Source: Heteronotia binoei
Lineage: Eukaryota
Reading direction: 5' to 3'
NCBI RefSeq assembly: GCF_032191835.1
Contig: NC_083233.1
Span: 51,336,001 to 51,400,000, forward strand
Length of the DNA: 64,000 nucleotides
The position numbers were made by a program, and so were the translations under genes. Each line of letters starts with the position of its first letter. The stretch's first letter is position 1. Below the pieces are notes generated by a model. That model ran no database searches. It was not told the DNA's origin and saw nothing but the letters and a program-made list of their open reading frames with translations. Shown one piece after another: positions 1-10,192 of this stretch.

Positions 1-397
1 TTTAAATATGTAAATCTGATCAGGCTTGAGAGTAAGGTTTCTGTGTCATAGGGGTAGTGTGAGCGAGGTCAGTTCATACTGTGCACAGCCAATCTTCTGC
101 TTCAAGGTCACAGAACTGGTTTTTCTTGGAAAGTTGAGGAAAACAAGGGTACTTCTTGAGCGGTCCTGTATTCTAAAAATATCGTTGCTTGGAGATGCTT
201 GAAGCTTGCCTTGGATTGGGCAAGGTTGGATGGCCCCTTAAGGTACTGCTGAATCCGAGACAAGTGTCCTTCTGTTTCCATAGACACAAAGGTTGTGCAT
301 CTGAGGAAGAGTTCCTTCTGGTTCTTCAAATGGTTTACAAAGCCTCTGTTCCCCTCCTTCTCCTCTGTCTTCCAGCTCATGTGATCTTTCATTTTAG

Positions 398-502
398 GAA
401 TGATGAGGTGGTCGCTGTGGCAAGTATGAATTATGATCCAATTGTCTCCAAGGTTGCTGATGTCATGGGAGTCGGAAGAGCTATCAGAAAAAGAGATGTA
501 GA
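398..502 (+). CDS. AIFM3: AIFM3 coding exon (105 nt)
   Basis: ttttag acceptor at 396-397, gtaagt donor at 503; encodes NDEVVAVASMNYDPIVSK...RDVE. Confidence 0.95.
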
Positions 503-3500
503 GTAAGTAGCCCTGGAGTTGAGGCTGTAGTTTCCCATCCTGTCGGTTCGGTTCTTTTCTCTTTGTAATGAAGGAATGAATTTGTCAACTTCTCTGATCC
601 CTTCCCCACTTTCAAAGGGTGAGAGTAAAGGCAGTGTGCTGAAATGTGCAGTCTGGCACTGAGCACAGAAGACAGCATCCTGAACATCTTGGAATTTATT
701 TTCAGTGCTGGTTTCTAGTCTGTGTACTGGTCGCCCTCCTTTTGGCAGGGCCCTGATTACAGTAATTTGAGGCACTACCTGATAAGATTGCAGGAGCCAG
801 AGTGGTGGCAGCAGGATTTCCAAAGACTGGACACAGGCATGACAGTGTCAGCAGTGCATGACAGTGACCTTGCATCTGAAAACAGGATCAGTCCAGTCCA
901 ACAGGCATATTTATCAAATCTAGCTTGAGATCAAGAGCTGCATGTCACTTAAGTTTTTCTGCCTCCCCTCATTCTCTGCACCCAAACCTCAAAACTTTTT
1001 TGTCGCTAGTAGCCAAGACAGTAGGCATGGACACCACCATGGAACTACACATCCCATAGTGCACTGCACAGTTGTCTGCTAGTGAGGCCATCCCAGTGAT
1101 TAAAATGAGGTCAAGCAATTGCTTTTAGGTGAATTTACAGAAATAGTCCTTCCCTCTGCATATTCATCCACAAATTCACTTTTCTCGGTGAAGATTTTTT
1201 TGTGTACAGATGGTACACACTACATAAAGGTTTTTGCAAGACAATAACCCAATGGGATCAAATGTCTGTCTGTGTGTGCGTGTGTGTGTGTGTGTCTGCA
1301 CCTGGAAGTCATGTCAACCTCTGGTGACTGACCCCTACTGGGGGCCTGGAGGATATTCAGAGAGGTGGCTTAATAGAGCCTGCCGTTGCCTCCTGATGGG
1401 TAGTTTAAGAACAGTCTCCCATCCAAGTACTAACCACAGTCAACCCTGTTTAGCTTCTGAGATCTGATAAGATAGGGCTTGTCTGGGCTTTCCAGGTCAG
1501 GACAATGGGATCAAATGTTGATTATCTTACTCTTCTTTCTCTCTCTTCATTTACTGCTGCAATTTAAGGCTGTCCGTCCGTTATGGAACGTACGTATATT
1601 TGAGTTGCTGCCCTGAGCCTTCTAACAATGTCAAAGTTGCAATTATTAGCAATGGAACAAACATTTGGATGTTGCCACCACCACCACCCTGGGCTGTGTA
1701 TCTACAGATAGTTGAGCATTTTGTCAGCAGGCACTAAGCTGTGCTAGCCCCTCCCCCTTTTGTCTTTAACTTCTTCACGTGCTTGGGAAGCAACTTGGGA
1801 GCAAGGTCTTACCAAAAGGGAAGAGAAAGCTACAGGATAATTTGAACCTGCCTTTCTTTCTGTGAATTGTTGGGTATGTAAAGACTTGCTTGAAAATTAG
1901 CATCTCATCCAGTCACCTAGAGTGAAGAACAGTTATCCTGATGGCCAGGTTGGTGGAGAGCAGACTCTATAAATTGGGAAAGGAGCTAGCTTTTCTCTCT
2001 CTCCATGTGTAACAAATGATGCCCATACATTGTGGGCAGGACTATTTATGTTGGCTGCTGATTTCTGTGGGCTTCTTTGGAAGACCAGGCTAAGGTAGTG
2101 CTGTATGTTAAGTCTGTTATAGCCACAGTATTGAGAAAGAACAGCAAGGCTAAGACACTCTGGAGTCCCTAATGCATGCATGTGGAACTGTGAACAAATA
2201 CTAACCCTTCAGATTCTGCTTCAGCAGAAGGCCAGTCTAGTTGGCTTTGCATTATTATCTCCATAACATCGTCAACCTGCTGCTTACAACATAGCCATGG
2301 CACTAAGGTGGGTTTCTTTCCTGAGGAGTTTCCACTCACAATGGAGACATTCCTGGGGAAGGGAGTGAGCAAAGGAAACAGGGAACAGTGGGTAGATGTG
2401 GGTAGGTGTGAGATACATATCCTTAGGCATAGGTTCATTTGGATGGAAGACGGCTGGATTAAGCCAACAGCTTCATGGAAAAGGTGATTTGGGGGAGGGA
2501 TATGAAGAAGTGTCAATGGGTAGGTGTTCTGGGAGGTAGCTCTGGGTATAAGGGTAGCAATGGAAGAGAATGTATAATGTTCAGAAGGGTTGTGGTTTCT
2601 AACATGTAGTGTCTGAGTTCTCCCAATCTGACTTTTGACAGAAATAGTCAGACATCAGGTGCAAGGCAATTTCTTACCCAAGGGTATGGAGCCCTGGCTC
2701 GGATTGGGACCATGGTGCAGCGAATGGCATCAGCCTTCTCCATGGCACCATATTTTCTGACCCAAAATGACTCTGCATGTGTTGATGGGAACTCAGAGGG
2801 TGCACATTACAAATAGTCACATGTGCTTTGACCCCAAGTGAGCAGGAGATGTTTGGGTGGCTGATGGTGGGTGGGGTAAGGAATGCTAGGATATAAGTAC
2901 CATGGAGTAGAAGTGTGAAGAGCAAGGTGAGAGAAGGCTTTGAAGGAAACAAGAAGGAGTTTGTGCTGGATAGGAAGCCAGTATAAGAAACAGAATTTAT
3001 TAGGTGACTGTTTCTAGCTGATGTATTAGCTACGGGGAAGGAGGGGGTTATAAGAAATTTGGACTCTATGGCAAGACTCCCTCTCTGCCTCTCTGGCAAG
3101 TGGCTGAGCCCCAGCCTTTTCCCTAGGGCACTGGGAAGGGTGGGAGCTGTGCATCATACAGACCTCTACCTGGCCCAGCATCTTGTTTTACAACATGGGA
3201 ATCCAAAGCCTTCTAGCTAGGTTTGTGATCCTGATTGGTAGCCTTGCCTTATGGCTTTTGGAGCCATGACACCCTAGAACAATTAGTTGTGACTTCTGTA
3301 CTAGCAAAATCGAATAAATAAATAAATTGAATGAAATAAATAAATAAAATAAAATGTGCAGATTTACCATTCTTCCAAGGATAGTTTTAGTAGACATGGT
3401 ATGAAAGAGGTTTCACTTCCCATGTTCACCACTGTTCAAACAGATTTTGCAGGCTTCTGAAAACTATACAAACCCCCTATAAAACCTGTTTAACCAGAAG

Positions 3501-3980
3501 AGAATGTTCTGCATTTTCAGATCCACCCCATGTTCTTTCATATTTTATGTGCACCAGGAGTTCCTTGTTTAGAGCTTACCATTTTTGAAACGTAATTTTC
3601 AAATGTGTAGGGGCCTGATTTGGATGGGGACTATGGCAGGTGGGAGAGGGGGCTTAAGCCTCAACCCTTCTCCTCTTTGCTGGATTCCCAACCTAAATGA
3701 ACCTAGGCTGCTGTTTGGCTCTTTGGGAACTGATATGTACTGGTGGGCAACATGTGGGTTTCCCCAGTGGAGCAAATAACTTGTCCTCAAGGGTGTTTCA
3801 GGTCAAGTAAAAGGTGTTTTAGGGTTTGTACTTCCCAACCTCTTAACAACAATTGCCAATCTCAAGCCTGAAGTTAACTTGCTGAGGGGAAAATTTGGGA
3901 GATCTGCCTACAATGAAACTCCTTTCTGTCTTTCCTATAGAACTGGAGACATGTCTTGGCTAACAGGGAAAGGCTCATAA
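398..3980 (+). CDS. AIFM3: Apoptosis-inducing factor mitochondria-associated 3, 3' end (partial; join 398-502, 1569-1589, 3941-3980)
   Basis: Spliced translation NDEVVAVASMNYDPIVSKVADVMGVGRAIRKRDVE-LSVRYGT-TGDMSWLTGKGS* matches the AIFM3 C-terminus (DEVIAVASMNYDPIVSKVAEVLASGRAIRKREVELFVLHSKTGDMSWLTGKGS); GT-AG introns, all phase 2. Upstream exons lie outside the window. Confidence 0.95.
1266..1503 (-). mobile_element. 5S rRNA-derived SINE with (CA)n tail
   Basis: Minus strand resembles the 5S internal control region (gaagctaaacagggtt...gtacttggatgggagac); 15-bp TSD aatgggatcaaatgt at 1251-1265 and 1504-1518. Confidence 0.8.
1569..1589 (+). CDS. AIFM3: AIFM3 21-nt microexon (probably alternative)
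   Basis: Long pyrimidine tract, then tgctgc and aatttaag acceptor; gtacgt donor; frame-preserving LSVRYGT at the position of human LFVLHSK. Confidence 0.8.
3941..3980 (+). CDS. AIFM3: AIFM3 last coding exon
   Basis: cctttctgtctttcctatag acceptor; TGDMSWLTGKGS then TAA. Confidence 0.95.
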
Positions 3981-5642
3981 TGACCCTGGGAAATGCTGGT
4001 TCTCTAGAGACACCACAGTAGCCAGCGGAGAGCTGCATGCCATGCACACCCCCATGACTTCGACGAATCTGGTATCTTCCTATGAACCCATCACTGGGCT
4101 GACCTCCTTCTACATCCCCTTCCAAAGGCCCACTCTTGGGAATGTACTTGACCAGATGAACCTGCACTTTAGTAGCCATAGAGTGGCTTTAAAAAGTCCT
4201 GCAAGCCAACCAGAAGGAAAAGTGGTCCCTCCGCGGAACTAACACTGTCCGATGTGTCCTTTGGAAAGCACTCCATAAATTCATCAGAGCAGTGTGGAAG
4301 AGGTGAAAATATGGGTGGTTTGCATATTTCTGAGAAAACTGTAGCATACAGATGCCAGAAAGGAGAACCCTGGGCAGAGGAAGATCTCCATGGATTACTC
4401 CCTGGCTAGCTACCTTCCACTAGCCATCCACAATCCCATCATTCCTTCTTCAGCTCCATTCCTTTTGTGGTTCCATCTCCCAGTACTTGCATGCTTTTCC
4501 TGCAGTCAGGGCAATCAACCAAGAAGTTGCTTCAGTTCCGCCAGGAGAGAGGAGGTGAGGCATCCAGCTTGATTTCATTAGCAAATGGGCTTTTCCTGCA
4601 GCAGCTTAGACTGTTACAGCATGAGAACTACAGTCACTTATTTGGCAAATGTGCTGCACCTCATGCTTTCTCCTCCTGGCCCTCTTGCCTCCCTACTTGT
4701 CTTATATCTGGGGCTATATACATGCTGCAGTGTTGCACGAGGAGCATGAAATATGGACACAGGATCCAGCTTTTTAAATTTCTCTCTCCTTTTTTAAAAG
4801 ATGAACTCATTTTTAGTTTCATAGCTATCAGATGTGCTTAATGTGTGGGCATTGCATTTTAGAATCTCTGGTTTTGGGTGGGGAGGCTGAATAACGTGTT
4901 GGTTCATTGGCAGCGGGAATAGTTTCCTTGTCATCCGAACCCCCTCAGAAATTAGGCAAACAGTGAGAAATAAGCTTAACTTTTGCATACACTCCTATGT
5001 GTCATAGAATTCAGTTTGCAGTGGGGGTTCTTCCCTCCAGCCTATGCAGCCCTGCCTGTCAAGCAGCACGGCTTCTACATCCTATGCCTCTCCAAATAAT
5101 AGTCCTCCTTGTTCCCAACCATCCTTACCCTGGGCCGTCAGCACCATTTGTGAAATCCAACAGACCCTTTTTCCAGACCACCTTGGGAGACTCAACATGA
5201 TCCTCATGGTTTGCATTTGGCACTATCCATGGCATAAAGGTGAATTTTGTGCATGGTTGGGGTATCTGAGTGTTTTCTTTTCCAAGGCACAGCTCTGGGA
5301 GAAGCAGCTGCTGAGCTTTCTCCATCTCCACATACAGGATTAGTCCATCTCAGTGCTGTGAATCTTCTGGGTGCTGACTTAACAGAGCTTTCACCATTTA
5401 CCTTGCCCAGCTGTACGACATGAACACACGTTTCAGAAGGCAGAAACCTGACAACTGCACCACTCCATCTTCATGCCACTGAATTCCTGCTTTTTATATA
5501 ACTGTGAGAGGTGCAAAGAAATAAAGACAGTATTTGCCCCACCTGCATCTCCTCTGTCCACACAATTTTCTCATGCCCCTTGCTTTATTCAGCTCCTGCA
5601 AGATTAGCTGTCTCACAATGTGCGCTCTTTTTCTAAATTGAT

Positions 5643-5648
5643 AATAAA
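5643..5648 (+). terminator. Candidate AIFM3 polyadenylation signal (AATAAA; alternative at 5520-5525)
   Basis: AATAAA followed by a GT-rich stretch (gagagtgtattgtcattgcggtggg), about 1.7 kb after the stop. Confidence 0.4.
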
Positions 5649-5994
5649 CTAATGTATGAAACCACACTTGAGAGTGTATTGTCATTGCGGTGGGCTGTCC
5701 CTAGTTTGCACTGGCCCTGCTTCTGGGTGTTTATCATCCTCTTGACTCACAAATGCATCTGATAAAGCTCCATGCTAGAAGCATCCTCTGTCCAAGGGTG
5801 GTTTGGGTAGTTCTGATTCAGTGTGCAGCCCCTCCGCTAGCTTCCTATTTCCTCCTGGATTCTCCTTTTCTTAACCATTCAGGTGTACAACTGCAATGCC
5901 AGTTTTTCAAGAGGCCATTGTGTTTCTGCTTTTAAGAATATCTCACTGCACAGAGGTTAGCAGGCTGAAACTGTTTATTGCCATGCAGTTAAAG

Positions 5995-6415
5995 CAGGGG
6001 TGTCAAACATGAAGCCTTGGGCTGGATCAGGCCCCCAGAATGCTGCTGTTAGGCTCACAAGCAAGTCTGCTTCCTTCTCCTTCTCTCTGGCTTTCTTTCT
6101 GCATTACAGCTTGCTTTGCCAGGATTTCTCAATCACACAGGAGATACAGAGCAAAGCCTCCATTGGCTGAGGTTCCTCTCTTGGGAAGGAAGGGGTGGAG
6201 AGAGAGAGAGCTTGCTTTGATACTGACCACAATATTGAAAGAGTGATATACTTTAAGCATGTTTTATTTTACTTTAAAAAAAACACATTTAATAGTTTGT
6301 GTTCTTTATAAAGTTTATATCTCCACTACCTGGTATTACATTTTATGACACACAAGGCCTGGCCTGACAGGGTCTCATTTATGGCAGATCATAACAAATG
6401 AGTTCGACACCCCTG
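5995..6415. mobile_element. Non-autonomous hAT (Charlie-like) DNA transposon
   Basis: TIRs caggggtgtcaaac / gttcgacacccctg; 8-bp TSD agttaaag / agttaaaa. Confidence 0.8.
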
Positions 6416-7493
6416 AGTTAAAAGCCTTCTCTTATGACTTTTACAATCAAGCTTCTGTTGATAAAGGCATAAATACCGAGCACGATGGGTTCCCAACCCC
6501 CTGTCAACTGGCACTCTAGCCACTCTCCTATTCAATATTTCTAGGGCTGGTCTAGCTTGTCGTTACTTGAGAAATGAGTACATGCTAGCTAGAATCCTAG
6601 CATGGCTCCATCATAAGCACTGGACTGAGCAATCATGCCTTAGCTCTTTTTCTCAGCGTAAGCAAAACATCTGCTACTTACTCCTATGCAAGTTTACTCA
6701 GAAGTAACTCCCATTTTGTGTTTAAAGGAGCCTAAGTAAATATGCATGAGAATGGAGCCTGAATCACCCAAAGGGGAATCTAACACAACTCCCACTATGC
6801 AGTTTTGTACCTTCAGTTGTGGCAGCAGCTGGGGAGATCAACTACAATTGGGTTTGCTGCTGTTTGGGTGGGGGGCCCTCTTCCTACCCCTTCTACAGCA
6901 GCCAACTGCTTAGGACCTGGACAGGTAAAGATTTCTCCATTATTTCAGGACAAAACTTTGCTAAATGTCTGCTGTTAAAGCAGGCCTGCCCCAACTTGTG
7001 GCCCACGGAACTGAATCGATTGCCCATCGCTCATGGATTGGCACCCCAGCCTCCTAAGGCTGCAAAGGCAAGGAGGTTGCCAGAAGCCTGGCAAGGGTGG
7101 GCTACATTTGACTTGCAGACTGGAAGAATCAGCAGAAAAGCCTTAGCTTGCTTTCTGTGTCTTTGGCTGCAGTCTGAGCTGCAGAAATAAGGTGATTCAT
7201 GGCAAGGAAATAAATGGAAACTATTGTTACAAAGTGGTTGAAAAGTTTGCGTCTTCCCCTTTGCACGGTGTGTTTAAAGGGAAGAAAAAGAGTGTAGTCA
7301 GCAAAGGAGGTGGCAACCTTATAAAAGAAGGGTTGTTTTCTCCTTCCTCAACCCCATTTTAATCTCTAGGCTTAACAGTGGAATGGCAGCTGTGCTGCCC
7401 AGTCAGGTAATAAAATTAGCAGGTCACTGCCTGATCCAGCTCAAGGGTGGGAGTGTGAAGAGCAGGGTGGTGGAGCCCACACCCAGCAGCACT

Positions 7494-7611
7494 ATGGCTC
7501 TGCAGACTCCTCTGCCTCCCCACCTCCGGAGGGGCTTGACGACATTCAGCGGCTCCCTTTTCATCAACAACAAGACTGGTGACTGTGGCCTGACACAAAG
7601 CTACACCCCAG
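7494..7611 (+). CDS. TMEM17B: TMEM17B-like exon 1 (coding part)
   Basis: actATGg start, gtatga donor at 7612, phase 1 compatible with exon 2; an in-frame upstream ATG exists at 7383. Confidence 0.8.
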
Positions 7612-10104
7612 GTATGAAAAGTGCCACCACCGGGATGGTCTTCCAGGGGGACTGGGGCAGGGCCACTCATGCATTCCCTCCCAAATAAAAACATGGACAT
7701 TTGTGTGTTTAAATGTTTCCATGTTACCTTTCTCCTCAATGGAGAATCAAAACAGCTTCCCATATAAAAATACTGTGTAAAGAAACAGGAGGGGGGTGGG
7801 AAGAAACAGGGCCTCTCTCTTTCTGACTTTCCTCCCAGCTCTGTGAAAAGGGCTCTTGACCAGCAGCTCAGGCTTCTAAGAGTTTACCTGCAAGAAAGGG
7901 GTGGGCCAGAAGCTCAGCTATTCCATTTCTGTTCCATTTCCTTTCCCCTTTATTATAGTTCCCCTCATTTTTCACAAGTTGGGTTGGTTGGGAGTTGGGC
8001 CATCTTGGGGTCAGGAAAAGAGCAGGGGGGAGGCTGATGCCCCTCCTCCCCTTGGAGCCATGGTCTCAATCCAAATTGGGCCTCTACAGTACATGGGAAC
8101 TTAATTTGGAGTAGCTATAGTGTGTCTAGAGAATGTATGTCTGGTTTGGCCCTCAAAGGATTAGTGCTGGATTGCACCATCCCATAGCCACAATTCCATG
8201 CTGCCAAAGACCTGCTCTGCACACTATTAATTAACTCTGCAATAGCTTAAAATAAAATTCATTTCCCCCCCAAGGAACTGTGATAAGCAGTTTAGTAACA
8301 CACACTACCTTACCAGCATTGAACTACCCGGCCCCTTTGTGTTTATGCTTGCATATTTGTATTCATTCTTCCTGGAGAGAAAAAAAAGCTGTGTCTGCTC
8401 CCCTTTCTGAGATCTGGCATCTCACATGAAATAAAATGTAATAGAATAACAGGGCACATAGCATGCTCCTTTGGGTGAGCCCATGACAACAGGAAAATTT
8501 TGCATCCCTGCAAATTATTGTCTACAGTTTTTTAAAGCCCCATTCTCGACCCTATTCATTTGTTTTTTCATTGCCTCGTGACTTTTAAAGAAAGATCAGG
8601 TTTTCCTTTTTTTTAGTACAAAATGGCTCAACTCTTAATGATACTATTTCTGTGAAATTTTTAAAATTAATCAAATCTGCCATTGTATTTGCTCCCTTTA
8701 TGTACACACTGTACCCCCCATTTTTAAATGAATAACTCTATAATTATTAACCACTTTTTAACTACTTCATTATTTTAAAAGCTCACGAAACCATTTGCCC
8801 CACTCCCACTAAGGAGATTACTTGGGCACAAATGTGATGCACATTCAGACACGCAGCCACAACCATGTTGTTCTCTGTGGGAGGGTGCAGATTCCCAGCC
8901 GCTTCCACCAGTGCCATGACTTGCACATGCATACCTTTCAGAACAGCAGGAGAGGCTGTGTTGGAGTGATGGGTTGTGCGGGCTGCACTGGCTGCCAGTG
9001 GTGTACCGAGTTCGTTACAAAGTGCTGGTTATTAGCTTTAAAGCCCTATATGGCCGAGGACCTGCCTCCTTGAGGGACCGTCTCTCCCCATATGAACCTC
9101 AGAGAGCACTGAGGTCAGCTGGAAAGAACCAGCTGAATATCCCTGGGCCAAGGGAGGCCAGATTGAAGACTACTCGGGAACGGGCCTTCTCTATCGCAGC
9201 TCCACTACTGTGGAACCAGCTCCTGGAGGAGGTGCGGGCCCTGCGGTGTTTGGACCAATTCCGCAGGGCCTGCAAGACCTTCCTCTTTAAAATGGCTCAT
9301 TCAGTTGGGATGGCTCATTCAGTTGCTGAGCCAAGATAGATTTGCTGGAAATGTTTTAGCCACTGAATTTTATAGAAGATCTGAGTTATAGCACTATAAT
9401 GTTAATTTTAATATAAGTTGATTTAATGATGGTTTTATCTAATTGTAATTATTGTGTATTATGGTTTTACTGTGTATTGTATTTACCGTATTTGCCGGTG
9501 TATAAGACGACTGGGCGTATAAGACGACCCCCCAACATTTCCACTCAAAATATAGAGTTTGTTATATACTCGCCGTATAAGACTACCCCCTCTTCCGCAC
9601 ACCATTGTACGGCTGCAGCGCGACCGCAGCGCCTCCGGCCCGCCCCTGCATCTCCCTGTGACCGGCATTAGTGCGCAAGTGTGCATGTGCGAGCTCTGCG
9701 TAGACAAGGGGCGGGCCAAAGCGCCGCTGCTTCCCGCCGAGCAGAACGGGCCGGTCACGTCGAAAAGGCTGGCACCCTTGTCTCGCTGCTGATGCTCGCC
9801 GGAGCCACGCTGATGACCCGCCGCGGCCGCGCTGGATACCACACGATACTGGACGGTATGTAGAATGAGGTGGGTGGGCATCGGGAGGCCACTATGGGCA
9901 CCGGGCGAGCATCGGAAGGCCACTATGGGCAGCTATGTCTATCCCAACTGAAGTGCACCCGGCGTATAAGACGACCCTCCCCACTTGGAGGCATGTTTTT
10001 CAGGGCAAAAAAGTAGTCTTATATGCCAGCAAATAGGGTATATGTTGTGAGCCGCCCTGAGCCTGCCTCAGCGGGGGGTGGGGGGGCAGGATATAAATAA
10101 AAAG

Positions 10105-10192
<88 letters not shown>

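Larger units (their letters stand above)
8975..10190 (+). mobile_element. 5'-truncated L2/CR1-group LINE with (TTA)n tail, interrupted by a MITE
   Basis: ORF LHWLPVVYRVRYKVL...RAFSIAAPLLWNQL...FRRACKTFLF is a typical L2 ORF2 C-terminus; the 3' end (gtgagccgccctgagcc...ataaataaa) resumes after 10040. Confidence 0.85.

Noticed and set aside
722-928. 68-aa ORF after a good acceptor in an AIFM3 intron, as an alternative terminal exon
   Set aside because: The upstream exon ends in phase 2; splicing at 748 gives a different frame that stops after six codons.
2200-3100. Purine-rich block with ORFs on the minus strand
   Set aside because: Probably a very old LINE remnant, but I could not recognise motifs well enough to call it.
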